From positions 512,001 through 576,000 of the forward strand of contig CAVTHK010000011.1 of the NCBI GenBank assembly GCA_963734495.1: DNA of 64,000 nt, in the 5' to 3' direction. Each line of letters begins with the position of its first letter. Position 1 is the first letter of the stretch. Of the stretch, positions 29,213-39,639 are shown in pieces. Below the pieces are notes generated by a model. That model worked only from the letters and a program-made list of their open reading frames with translations. It was not told the DNA's origin and searched no databases. The DNA is from an uncultured Spirochaetota bacterium. GTDB taxonomy: Bacteria; Spirochaetota; Spirochaetia; SZUA-6; CAVTHK01. The position numbers and the translations under genes are program-made.

Positions 29213-30181
29213 ATGAACGGCTCGCGCGCCGAAACGGGCGCATTTTCGATAGGGGTTTCTCTCGTGGCTTTCTCGAGCGCCGCGGAGGTGCGCCGCTTTC
29301 TCGCCGAGGCGCGCCGCCGGCTCGGGCTCGAGCCGGCGTTTGAGCTGTCGTACACGATGAGCGCCGCGTTTCTCGCGGACGTCGCGTTTCTCGAGGGCCG
29401 CGTGCTGTCCGCGCACGCGCCCTGCCCCGCCGCCGCGCTCTTCCCCAACCTCGGCAGCCGCGACCCCGCCGTGGCCGCCGCGAGCCTGGAGGCCGTGCGC
29501 ACGAGCGCCGCCGCGGCCGCCGCGTACGGGGCGCGCGCGCTGGTCCTGCATCCGGGCTACACCACCGATGCCGGCGTGTTCTCGGACCCGCGGCGCAGGC
29601 TCGAGGCGATCGAGGCGCGCCGGGAACCGAGCGAGGAGTCCTGGGTGTGGCTCAAAGAGGGCAGCGTCTGCCGCCCCGGCTACTGCGAGAGCCCGCGCTA
29701 CCGCCTTCACCTGGAAATCGCTTCCGAGAACCTCGAGCGCGCCTGCGCGGTCTCGGCCGAAGAGGGAGTGCAGCTGGCCGTGGAGAACCTCAACCCGCGC
29801 CTGACGTACCTCTTCCAGCTCCCCCGCGAGCTCGCGCGGCTCGCCGCGCGGATCCCGCGGCTTGCGCTCTGCGTGGACCTGGGGCACCTCTGGATCTCGT
29901 CGCTGGTGCACGGGTTCGCGTTCGCCGAGGGGCTGCGCGAGATCCTCGCGACCGGGCGTGTGGTCACGACCCACGTGCACGACAACGCCTCGACGCTCGG
30001 TCCGCCGCCCTCGCTCGCGGACGATCACGCGCTCATCGGCTCCGGGCGCGTGCCCATTCGCGAGGCGCTGCCCCTGCTGGCAGCAGCGGGCGTGCGGCCG
30101 CTCATCGTCGAGTCGCTGGGCTCCGCGATCGAGAGCTGCGAGGCGCTCGTGCGGCTCGCGGGCGGCGCAGAACCGATTTGA
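29213..30181 (+). CDS. TIM-barrel isomerase / AP-endonuclease-2 family protein
   Basis: SAHAP, LVLHPG, LAVEN, CVDLGH, HVHDN, DDH...G.G metal ligands. Confidence 0.75.
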   Translation: MNGSRAETGAFSIGVSLVAFSSAAEVRRFLAEARRRLGLEPAFELSYTMSAAFLADVAFLEGRVLSAHAPCPAAALFPNLGSRDPAVAAASLEAVRTSAAAAAAYGARALVLHPGYTTDAGVFSDPRRRLEAIEARREPSEESWVWLKEGSVCRPGYCESPRYRLHLEIASENLERACAVSAEEGVQLAVENLNPRLTYLFQLPRELARLAARIPRLALCVDLGHLWISSLVHGFAFAEGLREILATGRVVTTHVHDNASTLGPPPSLADDHALIGSGRVPIREALPLLAAAGVRPLIVESLGSAIESCEALVRLAGGAEPI

Positions 30182-30192
30182 TGCGCGGCGGC

Positions 30193-31173
30193 CTATTCCG
30201 ACACGGCCGAACGCATCGCCTTGAGGTTGGCCTCGGGCACGTCCATCGGGATGCCGCAGCCCGGCGCGAGGATGAAGCCCCTGCGGCCCGCCGCGGCGAT
30301 GGAGGCTCGGGCCTCCGCCTGCACGTCCTGCGGCGTTCCCGTCCGCAGGACTCCCATCTTGTTGATGCCCCCGATGAGGCACCGCCGCGTCTTCTTTCGC
30401 GCCTCCGCGAGCGAGGGAGCCGTGGTCTGGTCGTCCCAGTTGCAGGCGTCGACCGGGTAGTCCAGCAGCTCATCGAACATGATGTTGGCGCCGCAGATGT
30501 GGAGCATGGTGAATCGGGACTTGTTTTTGAAGGCGTCCAGCACCGCCAGGTCGTAGCGCCTGCCGAACTCCCGGTACTCCTTGACCGTCATGAAATCCGT
30601 GCTCGCGCACTGCGTCGCGTAGAAGACGCCGTCGGCCCCGCTGTCCAGACAGGCGACCGCGAAGGTCTTGAGCGTCTCGGTGATGACCTCGAGACCGCGA
30701 TGGACCTCTTTCGGGTTGTCCCGCAGATCCTGAACGACCCTGTCTCCCGAGATCTGGCGCGCTACCATGATGGGAACGAACACGGTCGCCAGCTTGAACA
30801 GGTCGTCGCCGCCCATCGCCTTCCCGATGCCGCGCACGACCTGCAGCATCTCGCCCAGCGCGCCCTTGGTCACGTCGAGCACCTTGAGCTTCTTCCAGTC
30901 GCCGACCGAGCTCACGGCCTTCCTGCTGAGCAGCCAGTAGCCGAGGGGACGCTGATACTCCTCGTAACGGCAGCCCCAGTCCTCGAGCAGGAACGTGCTG
31001 CGGAACATCAGCTTCATGAAGTCCCAATCGTACGTGGCCTGGAAGCCGCGGAACGCCTCGACCTGCCCTTCCGCGGTCCTGTCCATCAACGGGAAGTGCA
31101 TCCACGCGGACACGGGAACACGGTCGACCTCCTCCCCCTTCAAGGCCGCCTTGACTCTCTCGCGCTTCGTCAT
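30193..31173 (-). CDS. Uroporphyrinogen decarboxylase / MtaA-CmuA family protein
   Basis: MTKRERVKAALKGEEVDRVP, GADGVF, MLHICG, FILAPGCGIP...PEANL. Confidence 0.85.
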   Translation of the reverse strand: MTKRERVKAALKGEEVDRVPVSAWMHFPLMDRTAEGQVEAFRGFQATYDWDFMKLMFRSTFLLEDWGCRYEEYQRPLGYWLLSRKAVSSVGDWKKLKVLDVTKGALGEMLQVVRGIGKAMGGDDLFKLATVFVPIMVARQISGDRVVQDLRDNPKEVHRGLEVITETLKTFAVACLDSGADGVFYATQCASTDFMTVKEYREFGRRYDLAVLDAFKNKSRFTMLHICGANIMFDELLDYPVDACNWDDQTTAPSLAEARKKTRRCLIGGINKMGVLRTGTPQDVQAEARASIAAAGRRGFILAPGCGIPMDVPEANLKAMRSAVSE

Positions 31174-31195
31174 CGGGATCTCCTCTCCTCGAAAT

Positions 31196-32041
31196 CTATC
31201 CTTTGATTCCGACCATGGCCATACCCTGGATCAGCCTGCCCCTCAGGATCAGGAACACGATCAGCGTCGGCGCCGCGGCGACCACCGCCATGGCGAAGAG
31301 CTCGTTCCACATGGTGTCGTACTCGCCGATCATCGCCACGAGCCCGACCGGGAAGGTCCTGGTGACGTCCCGTGTGGCGACGATCAGGGGCCAGATCAGG
31401 CTGTTCCAGTTCGTCATGAAGGTGAAGATGGAAAGGGCGCCGAGCGCGGGCAGGCTCATCGGCATCACGACGCGCCAGAAGATCAGGAGCTCGCCCAGGC
31501 CGTCGATTCTCGCGGCGTCCACGTAGTCGTCCGGAAGGGTGAGCAGGAACTGCCGCATCCAGAAGACGCCGAGAGGGGTGATCATCACGGGGAGGATGAG
31601 GCCGAGCCGCGTGTTCATCAGCCCGAGAAAGCGCACGACCAGGGCCAGGGGAACGATCGTGATCTCGATGGGGAGCATCATCGTGAGCAGCACGCTGATG
31701 AACAGGGTGTTCCTCCCGCGGTAATCGAACTTGGCCAGGCTGTAGCCCGCCATCGAGCAGAAGACCAGCGACGCCAGCGCGACCGCCGACGCCACGATGA
31801 TGCTGTTCTCCATGTAAAGGCCGAAGTGGAGCTTGCGGAACGGGCCGACGAAGTTCGCGAGATTCACGTGCTGCGGGATCCACCTGATCGGGAACTCGAA
31901 GATCTCGTCCCTCGGCTTCAAGGACGAGACCAGCGTGTAGATCATGGGGACGACAAAGGCGATCGCCAGGATCAGGGCGAACACCGTGAGGATCAGGGTG
32001 TTCGCGCGCGTCCACGAGGGCCGGCTCTTTTCCGCTTTCAT
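31196..32041 (-). CDS. Carbohydrate ABC permease
   Basis: LPDDYVDAARIDG, WNSLIWPL. Confidence 0.9.
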   Translation of the reverse strand: MKAEKSRPSWTRANTLILTVFALILAIAFVVPMIYTLVSSLKPRDEIFEFPIRWIPQHVNLANFVGPFRKLHFGLYMENSIIVASAVALASLVFCSMAGYSLAKFDYRGRNTLFISVLLTMMLPIEITIVPLALVVRFLGLMNTRLGLILPVMITPLGVFWMRQFLLTLPDDYVDAARIDGLGELLIFWRVVMPMSLPALGALSIFTFMTNWNSLIWPLIVATRDVTRTFPVGLVAMIGEYDTMWNELFAMAVVAAAPTLIVFLILRGRLIQGMAMVGIKG

Positions 32042-32925
32042 GCACGGCCGCCTTCGACGCCCAGCAGGCGCAGCTGCACGAGCGTGAGGAGAAAGACGAA
32101 CCCCAGCAGGATGACCGACATGCTGCTCGCGAAGCCCATCCTGAGCTGGTTGAATCCGAACTGGTAGATCATGAGCCCGATCACCCGGGTCGACTCGCCC
32201 GGTCCGCCGTCGGTGATGATGAGGAACGGCGCGAACCCCTGGATCGACCCGATGAGGGCGACGACCATCACGTAAAGGAGAGTCGGCTTGAGGAGCGGGA
32301 GCGTGACGCGCATGAGCCTCTGCATCCAGTTCGTGCCGTCGATGAGCGCGGCCTCGAGCACGTCCTTGGAGATCGTCTGCAGGCCGGCGAGCAGCAGGAT
32401 CGAGTAGTACCCCACCCCGGACCAGACGGTCGTGATGGTGATCGCCCACAGCGCGTGCTGGTCCGACGACAGCCACGGTATCGGGCCCAGGCCGAAGAGG
32501 GACGTCACCTGCTCCATCAGGCTGAACGGCCTGAACATCACCTTCCAGACGAGGGCCGTGACGGCGAGGGGGAAGACGAAGGGGAGGAAATAGACCGCCT
32601 GGAACGACCGGTAGAACGGGATCCGCTGGTTCAGCACGAGGCTGACGAACAGGGCGATGACCATGACGATCAGGACCCTGACCGCCACGTATTGCCCCGT
32701 GACCCAGAGGGAGTTCCAGAAAGAGGGAAACGCCAGCACCTTCGCGTAGTTGGAGATTCCGCTCCAGCGCGGAGGCTGCAGGATCGAGTAGTCGGTAAAG
32801 CTGATCGCGAGCGCCGCGAGCATCGGGCCCAGCAGGAAGACGATCATGAATATCAGGACGGGCAGAAAGAAGAGAAAGCCGGCAAGCCTTCTCTGCTCGA
32901 TGTACCTCGCCGTTCTCGTCTTCAT
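32038..32925 (-). CDS. Carbohydrate ABC permease
   Basis: LAGLQTISKDVLEAALIDG, TDGGPGEST. Confidence 0.9.
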   Translation of the reverse strand: MKTRTARYIEQRRLAGFLFFLPVLIFMIVFLLGPMLAALAISFTDYSILQPPRWSGISNYAKVLAFPSFWNSLWVTGQYVAVRVLIVMVIALFVSLVLNQRIPFYRSFQAVYFLPFVFPLAVTALVWKVMFRPFSLMEQVTSLFGLGPIPWLSSDQHALWAITITTVWSGVGYYSILLLAGLQTISKDVLEAALIDGTNWMQRLMRVTLPLLKPTLLYVMVVALIGSIQGFAPFLIITDGGPGESTRVIGLMIYQFGFNQLRMGFASSMSVILLGFVFLLTLVQLRLLGVEGGRA

Positions 32926-32963
32926 CGCGGGGTCCTCGGGGGACGGCCGGAGCGGGTCAGGCG

Positions 32964-33002
32964 GCCCTGCCCGAGCCGGGACGGGCCCGGCTCGGGCAGG
33001 GC
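32964..33002. terminator. Perfect 17-bp stem-loop just 3' of the SBP gene (mRNA stabiliser or terminator)
   Basis: GCCCTGCCCGAGCCGGG-ACGGG-CCCGGCTCGGGCAGGGC. Confidence 0.65.
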
Positions 33003-33009
33003 AATTCCA

Positions 33010-34296
33010 TCACTTGATCGCGGCGTCCACCGTCGCTTTCGCCTTGTTCAGAGTGTCCTTGATGTCCTTGCCCTGGTAGAGGATCGACTGGACAGCCGTC
33101 TTGATGGGCTCGGAGACCTCGGACCACTTGTTCAGGAGGCCCGAGGGGAACGTGTTCTTCTGCATGCGAGCGACCAGCTCGGGATCGGGCACGACCTTGG
33201 CGGCCTCGGTCTGCGCCCACCCCTTCCTGGGGATGAGACCGCCGACTTCTGTGAGGTAGCGCGACGGGTCCTTGACGAGGTAGTCGGAGAGCTTCCAGGC
33301 CCACGACTTGTTCTTCGAGTTGACGTTCACCGAGTAGCCCCACGAGGACACGCTGGACGGAGACTCCTTTCCGGGGAACGTGGGATTCTGGATCGCCTTG
33401 ATCTTGCCCTTGAGGACCGGGTTGATGAGCCCGTAGCGGGTCCCCCACTCGATGACGTTCATGATGAACATGGAGGCCTGATTGTTCTGGCAGAGCTCCA
33501 TGTACTCCGTGGTCGACGAGATCTCGCGGTCCGTGATGCCTTCGTCGAACCTCCGCTTGAGCTCCGTGATCGCCTTGACCGCGGCGTCGCTGTTGATGAG
33601 GGTTTCGGTGCCGTCCTTGTTCATGATCGGCGCGCCGAGCTCCTCCATCATCGGCTGGAACTCCATGAAGTACCAGATCGAAGGGCTGCCGTACGGGAAG
33701 GTAACCGCCTGCCGCTTGATCCGGTTGCCCTCCTTGATGGTCAGCTTCTTGCCGAAGTTGATCACGTCGTCCCAGGTCTTGGGACCCTTGCTGGGATCCA
33801 GGCCCGCGGCCGCGAAATGCTCGGTGTTGTATCCCCACCCGAACAGGTTGTACTCGAACATCACCCCGTAGTGGTCCTTGCCGATGGAGTACTGCTCGAG
33901 GGCGCCGGGATCCCAGGAGTCCTCGAAATCCTTCATGGAGGCGTATCCCATGAACTTGACGTCCGCCTCGGTCAGGACGCTGAGGTTGTTCTTGTACGAG
34001 GTCACCAGCCTGTAGGACTGCGACCAGATATCCGGGGCCGCCCCCGCCGCGATCGCGGTCGGAAGCTTCTTCTCCAGGTCCGCATGGCTCATGAACTCGA
34101 GGGTGATGTTGTAGCTCGGGTTCTTCTGCTGAAACTCGGAGCCGAGCTTTGCCTGCAGGTCCCTCTTGGGTCCCGTCACCTCGCTCCAGAGAACCTGTTT
34201 GACCGGTCCCTTGGCCGACGCATCACTCTGGCCTCCGGCGAACGCAGTCGTCGCGAGCAGCATGCACGCGGCGATCAGAACGACGTCTCTCTTCAT
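33010..34296 (-). CDS. Sugar ABC solute-binding protein
   Basis: AAGGAGG RBS, signal ...TAFAGGQ, AAGAAPDI, YNTEHFAAAGLDP. Confidence 0.88.
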   Translation of the reverse strand: MKRDVVLIAACMLLATTAFAGGQSDASAKGPVKQVLWSEVTGPKRDLQAKLGSEFQQKNPSYNITLEFMSHADLEKKLPTAIAAGAAPDIWSQSYRLVTSYKNNLSVLTEADVKFMGYASMKDFEDSWDPGALEQYSIGKDHYGVMFEYNLFGWGYNTEHFAAAGLDPSKGPKTWDDVINFGKKLTIKEGNRIKRQAVTFPYGSPSIWYFMEFQPMMEELGAPIMNKDGTETLINSDAAVKAITELKRRFDEGITDREISSTTEYMELCQNNQASMFIMNVIEWGTRYGLINPVLKGKIKAIQNPTFPGKESPSSVSSWGYSVNVNSKNKSWAWKLSDYLVKDPSRYLTEVGGLIPRKGWAQTEAAKVVPDPELVARMQKNTFPSGLLNKWSEVSEPIKTAVQSILYQGKDIKDTLNKAKATVDAAIK

Positions 34297-34563
34297 ACGA
34301 GCCTCCTTGCTCGCTCGTTTCCGCAGGCGGGCTCGCACGCCCGTCGGTCCCGGCCACTACGGCTTCGACCGCGAGCCTGGCTCGCCCTGCCTCTCGCACC
34401 CGCTCCGGCATCGCCCCTGGCGGGAAGCCGGGCGGAGGCAACAGGATGGCGTTGTCCCGCCGCGCATGTCAAGGGAAGGGCGAGGCTCTGTCGCGTCGGC
34501 GTCGTGTTGCGAACGGCGAGCGCCCGGTGTGCCGGCCGGGGGGCAGCCGGCGCTCGGAGCGAT

Positions 34564-34592
34564 TTGATTGAGGATCGGACTCGACCTATAAT
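34564..34592 (+). promoter_or_regulatory. Sigma70-type promoter TTGATT-N17-TATAAT
   Basis: Near-perfect consensus about 140 nt upstream of the 34733 start. Confidence 0.7.
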
Positions 34593-34732
34593 GTGGCGGA
34601 GCTTGAGATGGCGAGCCGGCCCAGCGACGCCTCCGGGGCGGCGCCCGAAGAGAGTGGGCGCGCACCGCCCCGCATCACGTCCGGGCAACGAATCGATCTT
34701 GCAGGCATTTCGAACGGAAAAGGAGGCGACAG

Positions 34733-36299
34733 ATGAAGAGAATACTGGTTGTGGCGTTCGCACTGGCGATCCTCGCCGCGTTTTCGGTCTTGGGAGCGCC
34801 AAAGGACTCCATAGTGGTCGGCCTTTCGGCCGACGTGAACAACTGGCACGCCGGCTGGCACAACGGGAGCATCGAGGAGGGGCTGGTCCAGAACATCTAC
34901 GAGAACCTGTTCATGTTCGACGCCAACGCGGCCTCGGTGCCATGCCTGGCGGTGAGCTACAAGAGCATCAGCCCTCTTGTCTGGGAGTTCAACCTTCGGC
35001 CGAACGTCAAGTTCACAAACGGGGAGCCCTTCAACGCGGCATCCGTAAAGTGGAGCCTCGAGACGCAGCGTGACGACCCGAAGGTGACGAGCCGGAGCTG
35101 GCTGGCGACGATCAAAGAAGTAGAAGTCGTGAGTGACTTGATCGTTCGAATCCATACGACGCGGCCGGACCCCGAGCTCATAAACGAGCTGACGTGGTCG
35201 GGCGAGCAGATGCCCCTCAAGTACGGCAAGGATGAATACAACGGGAAGATGATCACCGAGCCGGTGGGCACCGGACCGTACAGGCTCGTCGAATGGAAGA
35301 AGGACGTCAGGATCGTCCTCGAGAGCAACCCGAACTGGTGGGGACCCAAGCCGGATGTCAGGCGCGTCGAGATCCGCCCGCTTCCTGATCCCTCCACTCG
35401 CGCCGCCGCTCTTCTTTCGGGCGAGGTCGATCTCATAGACAACCCCAACCCCGAGGACATACCGCGCCTCAAGGCAACACGCGGACTGGCAGTGGAGATC
35501 ACGCCCAGCCAGCGGGTGGTGTACCTGTTCATGGACTCGTTCCGGCCCAAGGGGGGGCCCGGCCCCGACGGGTCGCCCGGCTTGCCGCCCGGCCAGGCCA
35601 ATCCTCTGCTGGACGCCAGGGTGCGCAAGGCGCTCTACCAGGCGATCAACCGCGAGGAGATCTGCCAGCAACTGCATCAGAACCAGGCGGCGCCCGCCTA
35701 TCAGCCGATGATCCCGTCGTCTCCGGCCTACGCGGACGTGCCTGCGCCCACGTACGACCCGGCGGCGGCCCGGAGGCTGCTCGCCGAGGCAGGCTACCCG
35801 AACGGGTTCAAGACTCGACATCAAGACCATGAATGACCGGCTGCCGCACGACAAGGACACGGTTCTCGCAGTGGCCAGCCAGCTCAAGAAGATCGGCGTC
35901 GACGCGACGGTCTACGACTTCCCGAAGACGGTCATCTACTCCGCCTATGCGGCCTTCGACATGACCGTGGGGCTGCAGACCTGGGGCGCGCTGACGATGC
36001 CGGGAATGAGCTGGCGCGGTCTGTTCTACGGGGACAAGGACAAGAAGGACTACGGCCAGCAGAACCACGGGCGCTTCATCGACAAGCAGATGAACGCCAC
36101 CCTGGACAAGCTGGCTTCGGAGTTCGATCAGGCCGAGCGGCAGAAGCTCTTTACCCAGCTCACCCGGGACTTCATGGACAAGATCCCCATACTGCCGATC
36201 TACTACGTGACCCTCGTGAGGGCCATGAAGGACAACATCCAGTTCAGGGTGTACGGGGACGAGCACATCTACTACAGAAACGTCAAGATCAAGAACTAG
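34733..36299 (+). CDS. Peptide/nickel ABC solute-binding protein (family 5); one frameshift near 35820
   Basis: WEFNLRPNVKFTNGEPF, PVGTGPY, YDPAAARRLLAEAGYPNGF; continues in ORF 35829..36299. Confidence 0.85.
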
Positions 36300-36333
36300 C
36301 TGAGCGGGTTTGCCCGGGGCCTCGCTCGACTCA

Positions 36334-36364
36334 CCTGGGCGGAGGGACGCGACCCTCCGCCAGG
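36334..36364. other. Stem-loop after SBP gene
   Basis: CCTG-GGCGGAGGG-ACGCGA-CCCTCCGCC-AGG. Confidence 0.5.
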
Positions 36365-36381
36365 CGTCAGGGGGAGATACC

Positions 36382-37320
36382 ATGGTCCTCAGGCTTCTGT
36401 GGAAGCGCTTTATCCAGCTGCTGCTGGTGTTCTTTCTCGTTTCCATGGCGGCCTTCCTGCTGCTCTTCATCATCGGGAACCCGGTCTACGTCATGTTCGG
36501 CGGCTCCTCCGGCATAACCCAGGACCAGATCAACGCCCTTACCCGCGAGCTGGGTCTCGATCAGCCCTTCTACGTGCAGTATGTCCGCTTTCTCCAACGA
36601 GCCGTTACAAAGGGGGATTTCGGCGTCTCCTACTACTACCACCAGCCCGCGATGGCCCTCATTCTCGAGCGCATCCCCGCCACGCTTCAGCTGACGATTC
36701 CGGCGATCGTGCTCGCCATCCTGTTGTCCGTCCCTCTCGGTGTTGCAGCGGCGCTGCACAAGGGGACCATCGTCGACAGGATCGTCCTGTCCTTATCGAT
36801 CATCGGGACGTCGGTCCCGGTCTTCTGGCTGGCTTCGATCCTGATCTATTTCTTCGCCGTTCACCTCAAGGTGCTGCCCTCCTCCGGCTACGGCGGCGTC
36901 AGGCACCTGGTGCTCCCGCTGGTCGGGGTGGTCTTTTCCGCGACCGCGGTCCTGGTCCGGCTGGTCCGGTCGGAGACGCTCGAGACGCTCGGCAAGGACT
37001 TCGTGAGGACCGCTCGCGCGAAGGGCCTGCCCTCTTCCGTCGTGACGGTCAAGCACGTGCTCAGGAACTCCCTGATCCCGTTCGTGACCTACCTGGGTCT
37101 CATGTGCGGGAACATTCTGGGCATGACCGTCGTGACCGAAAAAATCTTCGCCTGGCCGGGCAGCGGCAGGTTGCTGCTGACGTCCATCGAGAGGCTCGAC
37201 CAGCCGGTCGTCATATCGTACGTGGTCATCATCGCCCTCATCTTCGTCGTCGTGAACTTCGCGGTCGACATGACGTACCTCGTGCTCGATCCGCGCATCA
37301 GGACGAGGGAGCTGCAGTGA
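36382..37320 (+). CDS. DppB-like permease
   Basis: LGLDQP..VQY, DFVRTARAKGL, FAWPG, LDPRI. Confidence 0.92.
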   Translation: MVLRLLWKRFIQLLLVFFLVSMAAFLLLFIIGNPVYVMFGGSSGITQDQINALTRELGLDQPFYVQYVRFLQRAVTKGDFGVSYYYHQPAMALILERIPATLQLTIPAIVLAILLSVPLGVAAALHKGTIVDRIVLSLSIIGTSVPVFWLASILIYFFAVHLKVLPSSGYGGVRHLVLPLVGVVFSATAVLVRLVRSETLETLGKDFVRTARAKGLPSSVVTVKHVLRNSLIPFVTYLGLMCGNILGMTVVTEKIFAWPGSGRLLLTSIERLDQPVVISYVVIIALIFVVVNFAVDMTYLVLDPRIRTRELQ

Positions 37321-38180
37321 AGACGCTCCTCCGCCGCACGCGGTTCACGCAGAAGGCCGTGCGGGAGCTGCGCAGAAACCCGCTTTTCCTCGTCTCGGTG
37401 TGCGTGTTTGCGGTCTTCGCGATCATGGCGATCTTCGCGGATCGGCTGGCCCCGCATCATCTGGGGGACCTCGAGCTGATGCGCCGGCTCTCTCCGCCGA
37501 AAGCCGAGGGGAGATTCTACCTCGGCACCGACAACATGGGTCGCGACGTCTTTACCCTGGTGCTGTACGGGCTGCGCACGTCGCTCGGCGTTGCGGGTTC
37601 GGCCGTGCTGCTCGCCGCCGTGTTCGGCGGCTTCGTCGGCATGATCGCCGGATACTTCGGCGGCCGTCTCGACGCGGTGATCATGCGGCTCGTAGACATG
37701 CAGCTTTCGATTCCTTCGTTCTTCTTCGCTTTGGCAGGCACTGTCCTCCTCGGCCGAGGGGTCGTCAACCTGGTCCTCGTCCTGTCCCTCGTGGTCTGGG
37801 GAGGCTTTGCCAGGGTGGCCCGCGGATCGATACTCGCTGCGAAAGAGGAGACCTACGTCTGGGCGGCGCGCAGCCTCGGCGCCTCGAATCTGAGGATCAT
37901 TTTCTTCGATCTCACCCCGAACGTGTTGAGCCCTCTGCTCGTGATGTTGTCCGTGAACCTGCCCCACGCGATCATGATCGAAGCCTCCTTGAGCTTCCTG
38001 GGGGTCGGGCTGTCGGCAGAGGTGCCTTCGCTGGGGCGGCTGATCAGCGACGGTCTGCCACAGCTCCTGCTCGGCGCCTGGTGGATTTCGATCCTTCCGG
38101 GCGTCGTCCTGATGATCCTCGTTCTGAGCTTCAATACCATGGCGGACTCGCTGCGCGACATCCTGGACGTGAGGCAATAG
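37317..38180 (+). CDS. DppC-like permease
   Basis: LGTDNMGRD, AARSLGAS, EASLSFLGVG. GTG overlaps the upstream TGA. Confidence 0.92.
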   Translation: MKTLLRRTRFTQKAVRELRRNPLFLVSVCVFAVFAIMAIFADRLAPHHLGDLELMRRLSPPKAEGRFYLGTDNMGRDVFTLVLYGLRTSLGVAGSAVLLAAVFGGFVGMIAGYFGGRLDAVIMRLVDMQLSIPSFFFALAGTVLLGRGVVNLVLVLSLVVWGGFARVARGSILAAKEETYVWAARSLGASNLRIIFFDLTPNVLSPLLVMLSVNLPHAIMIEASLSFLGVGLSAEVPSLGRLISDGLPQLLLGAWWISILPGVVLMILVLSFNTMADSLRDILDVRQ

Positions 38181-38233
38181 GAGCGGCGCCGCGCGCGCCG
38201 GCCCGTTATCGGCCCGGCGGCAAGGAGAAGAAC

Positions 38234-39601
38234 ATGTCTTTGCGCGATGCGATCGGCGAGATCATGATCAGCGACAATCTCATGGAGGAGATGCATCAGC
38301 TCTGCGACGTCATCGGCAGGCGCCCGACCGGATCCGAGGGAGAAAAGGCGGCCAGGGAGTACCTTGTCGAGCGGTTCAAGCATTTCGGGCTGCAGGCCGT
38401 GGCCTCGGAACCGTTTTCGGCGCCGAACTGGACGCGCCTGCAGACCACTGCGCGCCTTCTGTCTCCGGTGCAGCGCCCGCTGTCCGTCCTCGCGCTTCCG
38501 CTGAACGGGACGCACAAGGTCCGCGCCCCGGTGGCCTGGGCGCCGTTTCAGACGGTCGAGGAGTTCAAGACGTACGCGGGCCTGCTCAAAGGCCGGATCT
38601 GCGTGACGCCGGGCCAATCGATCACCGGGTTCAGCGGCACCATCCTCCACAGGGGCGAGAGGATCCGGCTGGCGCATGAGGCCGGCGCCGCGGCGTTTCT
38701 GTGGGTCTCTAACTGGCGCGGCAACGTCCTCCCCACGGGATCGATGAGCGGGGAGATCGCGAAGACCATGCCCGCGTTCGGGATCACGCAGGAGGACGGC
38801 TTCCTCCTCCAGAGGCTCGCCGAGCGAGGCGGTGACGTGATCGTCGAGCTGGACACCCGCAACGAGGTCTCCGAAACGACCTCGTGGAACGTGTGCGGCG
38901 AGATTCCCGGTTCCGCGCCGGATGCCCCGCTGGTGCTGCTGACTGCCCACTACGACAGCCACGACGTGACCGAAGGCGCCTTCGACAACGCCGCGGGCTG
39001 CGCCGTCGTCCTGGAAGCCGCGCGCGTTCTCGGCCGGCACTACCGGCGCCAGGGGTGCCGGCTGCGGTTCGTGCTTTTCTCCGCGGAGGAAATCGGCCTC
39101 ATCGGCTCGCGCGCGTACGTCCAGGCCCATGCCGCGGAAGTGCCGTCCATGCGCTTTCTGCTGAACGTCGACGGGCTCGGCGCCGCGCCGTCGAGCAAGT
39201 ACATCCACGTGCCCGTGGGAGTCGAAGTGGCCGAGTACATACGCGGCGTCTACCGTCGCTTCGGCTATTCGGTCGATGTCGACAACGCGATCTTCATGAA
39301 CTGGGACCACGCGTCGTTCGCCCTCCAGGGGATACCGGTCGCCTCCCTGACGGCGAAGTGGCCCGTGGGCACGCAGCTCCATTTCGGCCACACGCCCGCG
39401 GACTCTCTGGACAAGATCGACCCGCAGGATCTGCGCTACGCCTCGTGCTGCGCCACTCTCCTCGTTCTCAACGCGGCCAACGACAAGTCCTGGCCTCTCG
39501 GTCACCGCACTCCCGAGCAGGTGCTCGACATACTCGAGGCTGCCGGAAAGGCCAATCCCGACGAGTTCCATTTCGCGGGAGAGAGACCGTCGGTTTCGTA
39601 G
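38234..39601 (+). CDS. M28 family aminopeptidase with PA domain
   Basis: RPTGSEGE, TAHYDS, GAFDNAAG, AEEIGLIGS, DHASF, HTPADSLDK. Confidence 0.88.
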   Translation: MSLRDAIGEIMISDNLMEEMHQLCDVIGRRPTGSEGEKAAREYLVERFKHFGLQAVASEPFSAPNWTRLQTTARLLSPVQRPLSVLALPLNGTHKVRAPVAWAPFQTVEEFKTYAGLLKGRICVTPGQSITGFSGTILHRGERIRLAHEAGAAAFLWVSNWRGNVLPTGSMSGEIAKTMPAFGITQEDGFLLQRLAERGGDVIVELDTRNEVSETTSWNVCGEIPGSAPDAPLVLLTAHYDSHDVTEGAFDNAAGCAVVLEAARVLGRHYRRQGCRLRFVLFSAEEIGLIGSRAYVQAHAAEVPSMRFLLNVDGLGAAPSSKYIHVPVGVEVAEYIRGVYRRFGYSVDVDNAIFMNWDHASFALQGIPVASLTAKWPVGTQLHFGHTPADSLDKIDPQDLRYASCCATLLVLNAANDKSWPLGHRTPEQVLDILEAAGKANPDEFHFAGERPSVS

Positions 39602-39639
39602 AGCTGCGCCGAACCGGCAGAAGTCAACGGAGGTCGCTC

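Noticed and set aside
34625-34680. c-di-GMP-I or glycine riboswitch (GAAGAGAGTGGG resemblance)
   Set aside because: It lacks the GCAAA / GACGCAAAGCC and CTCTCAGG core elements.
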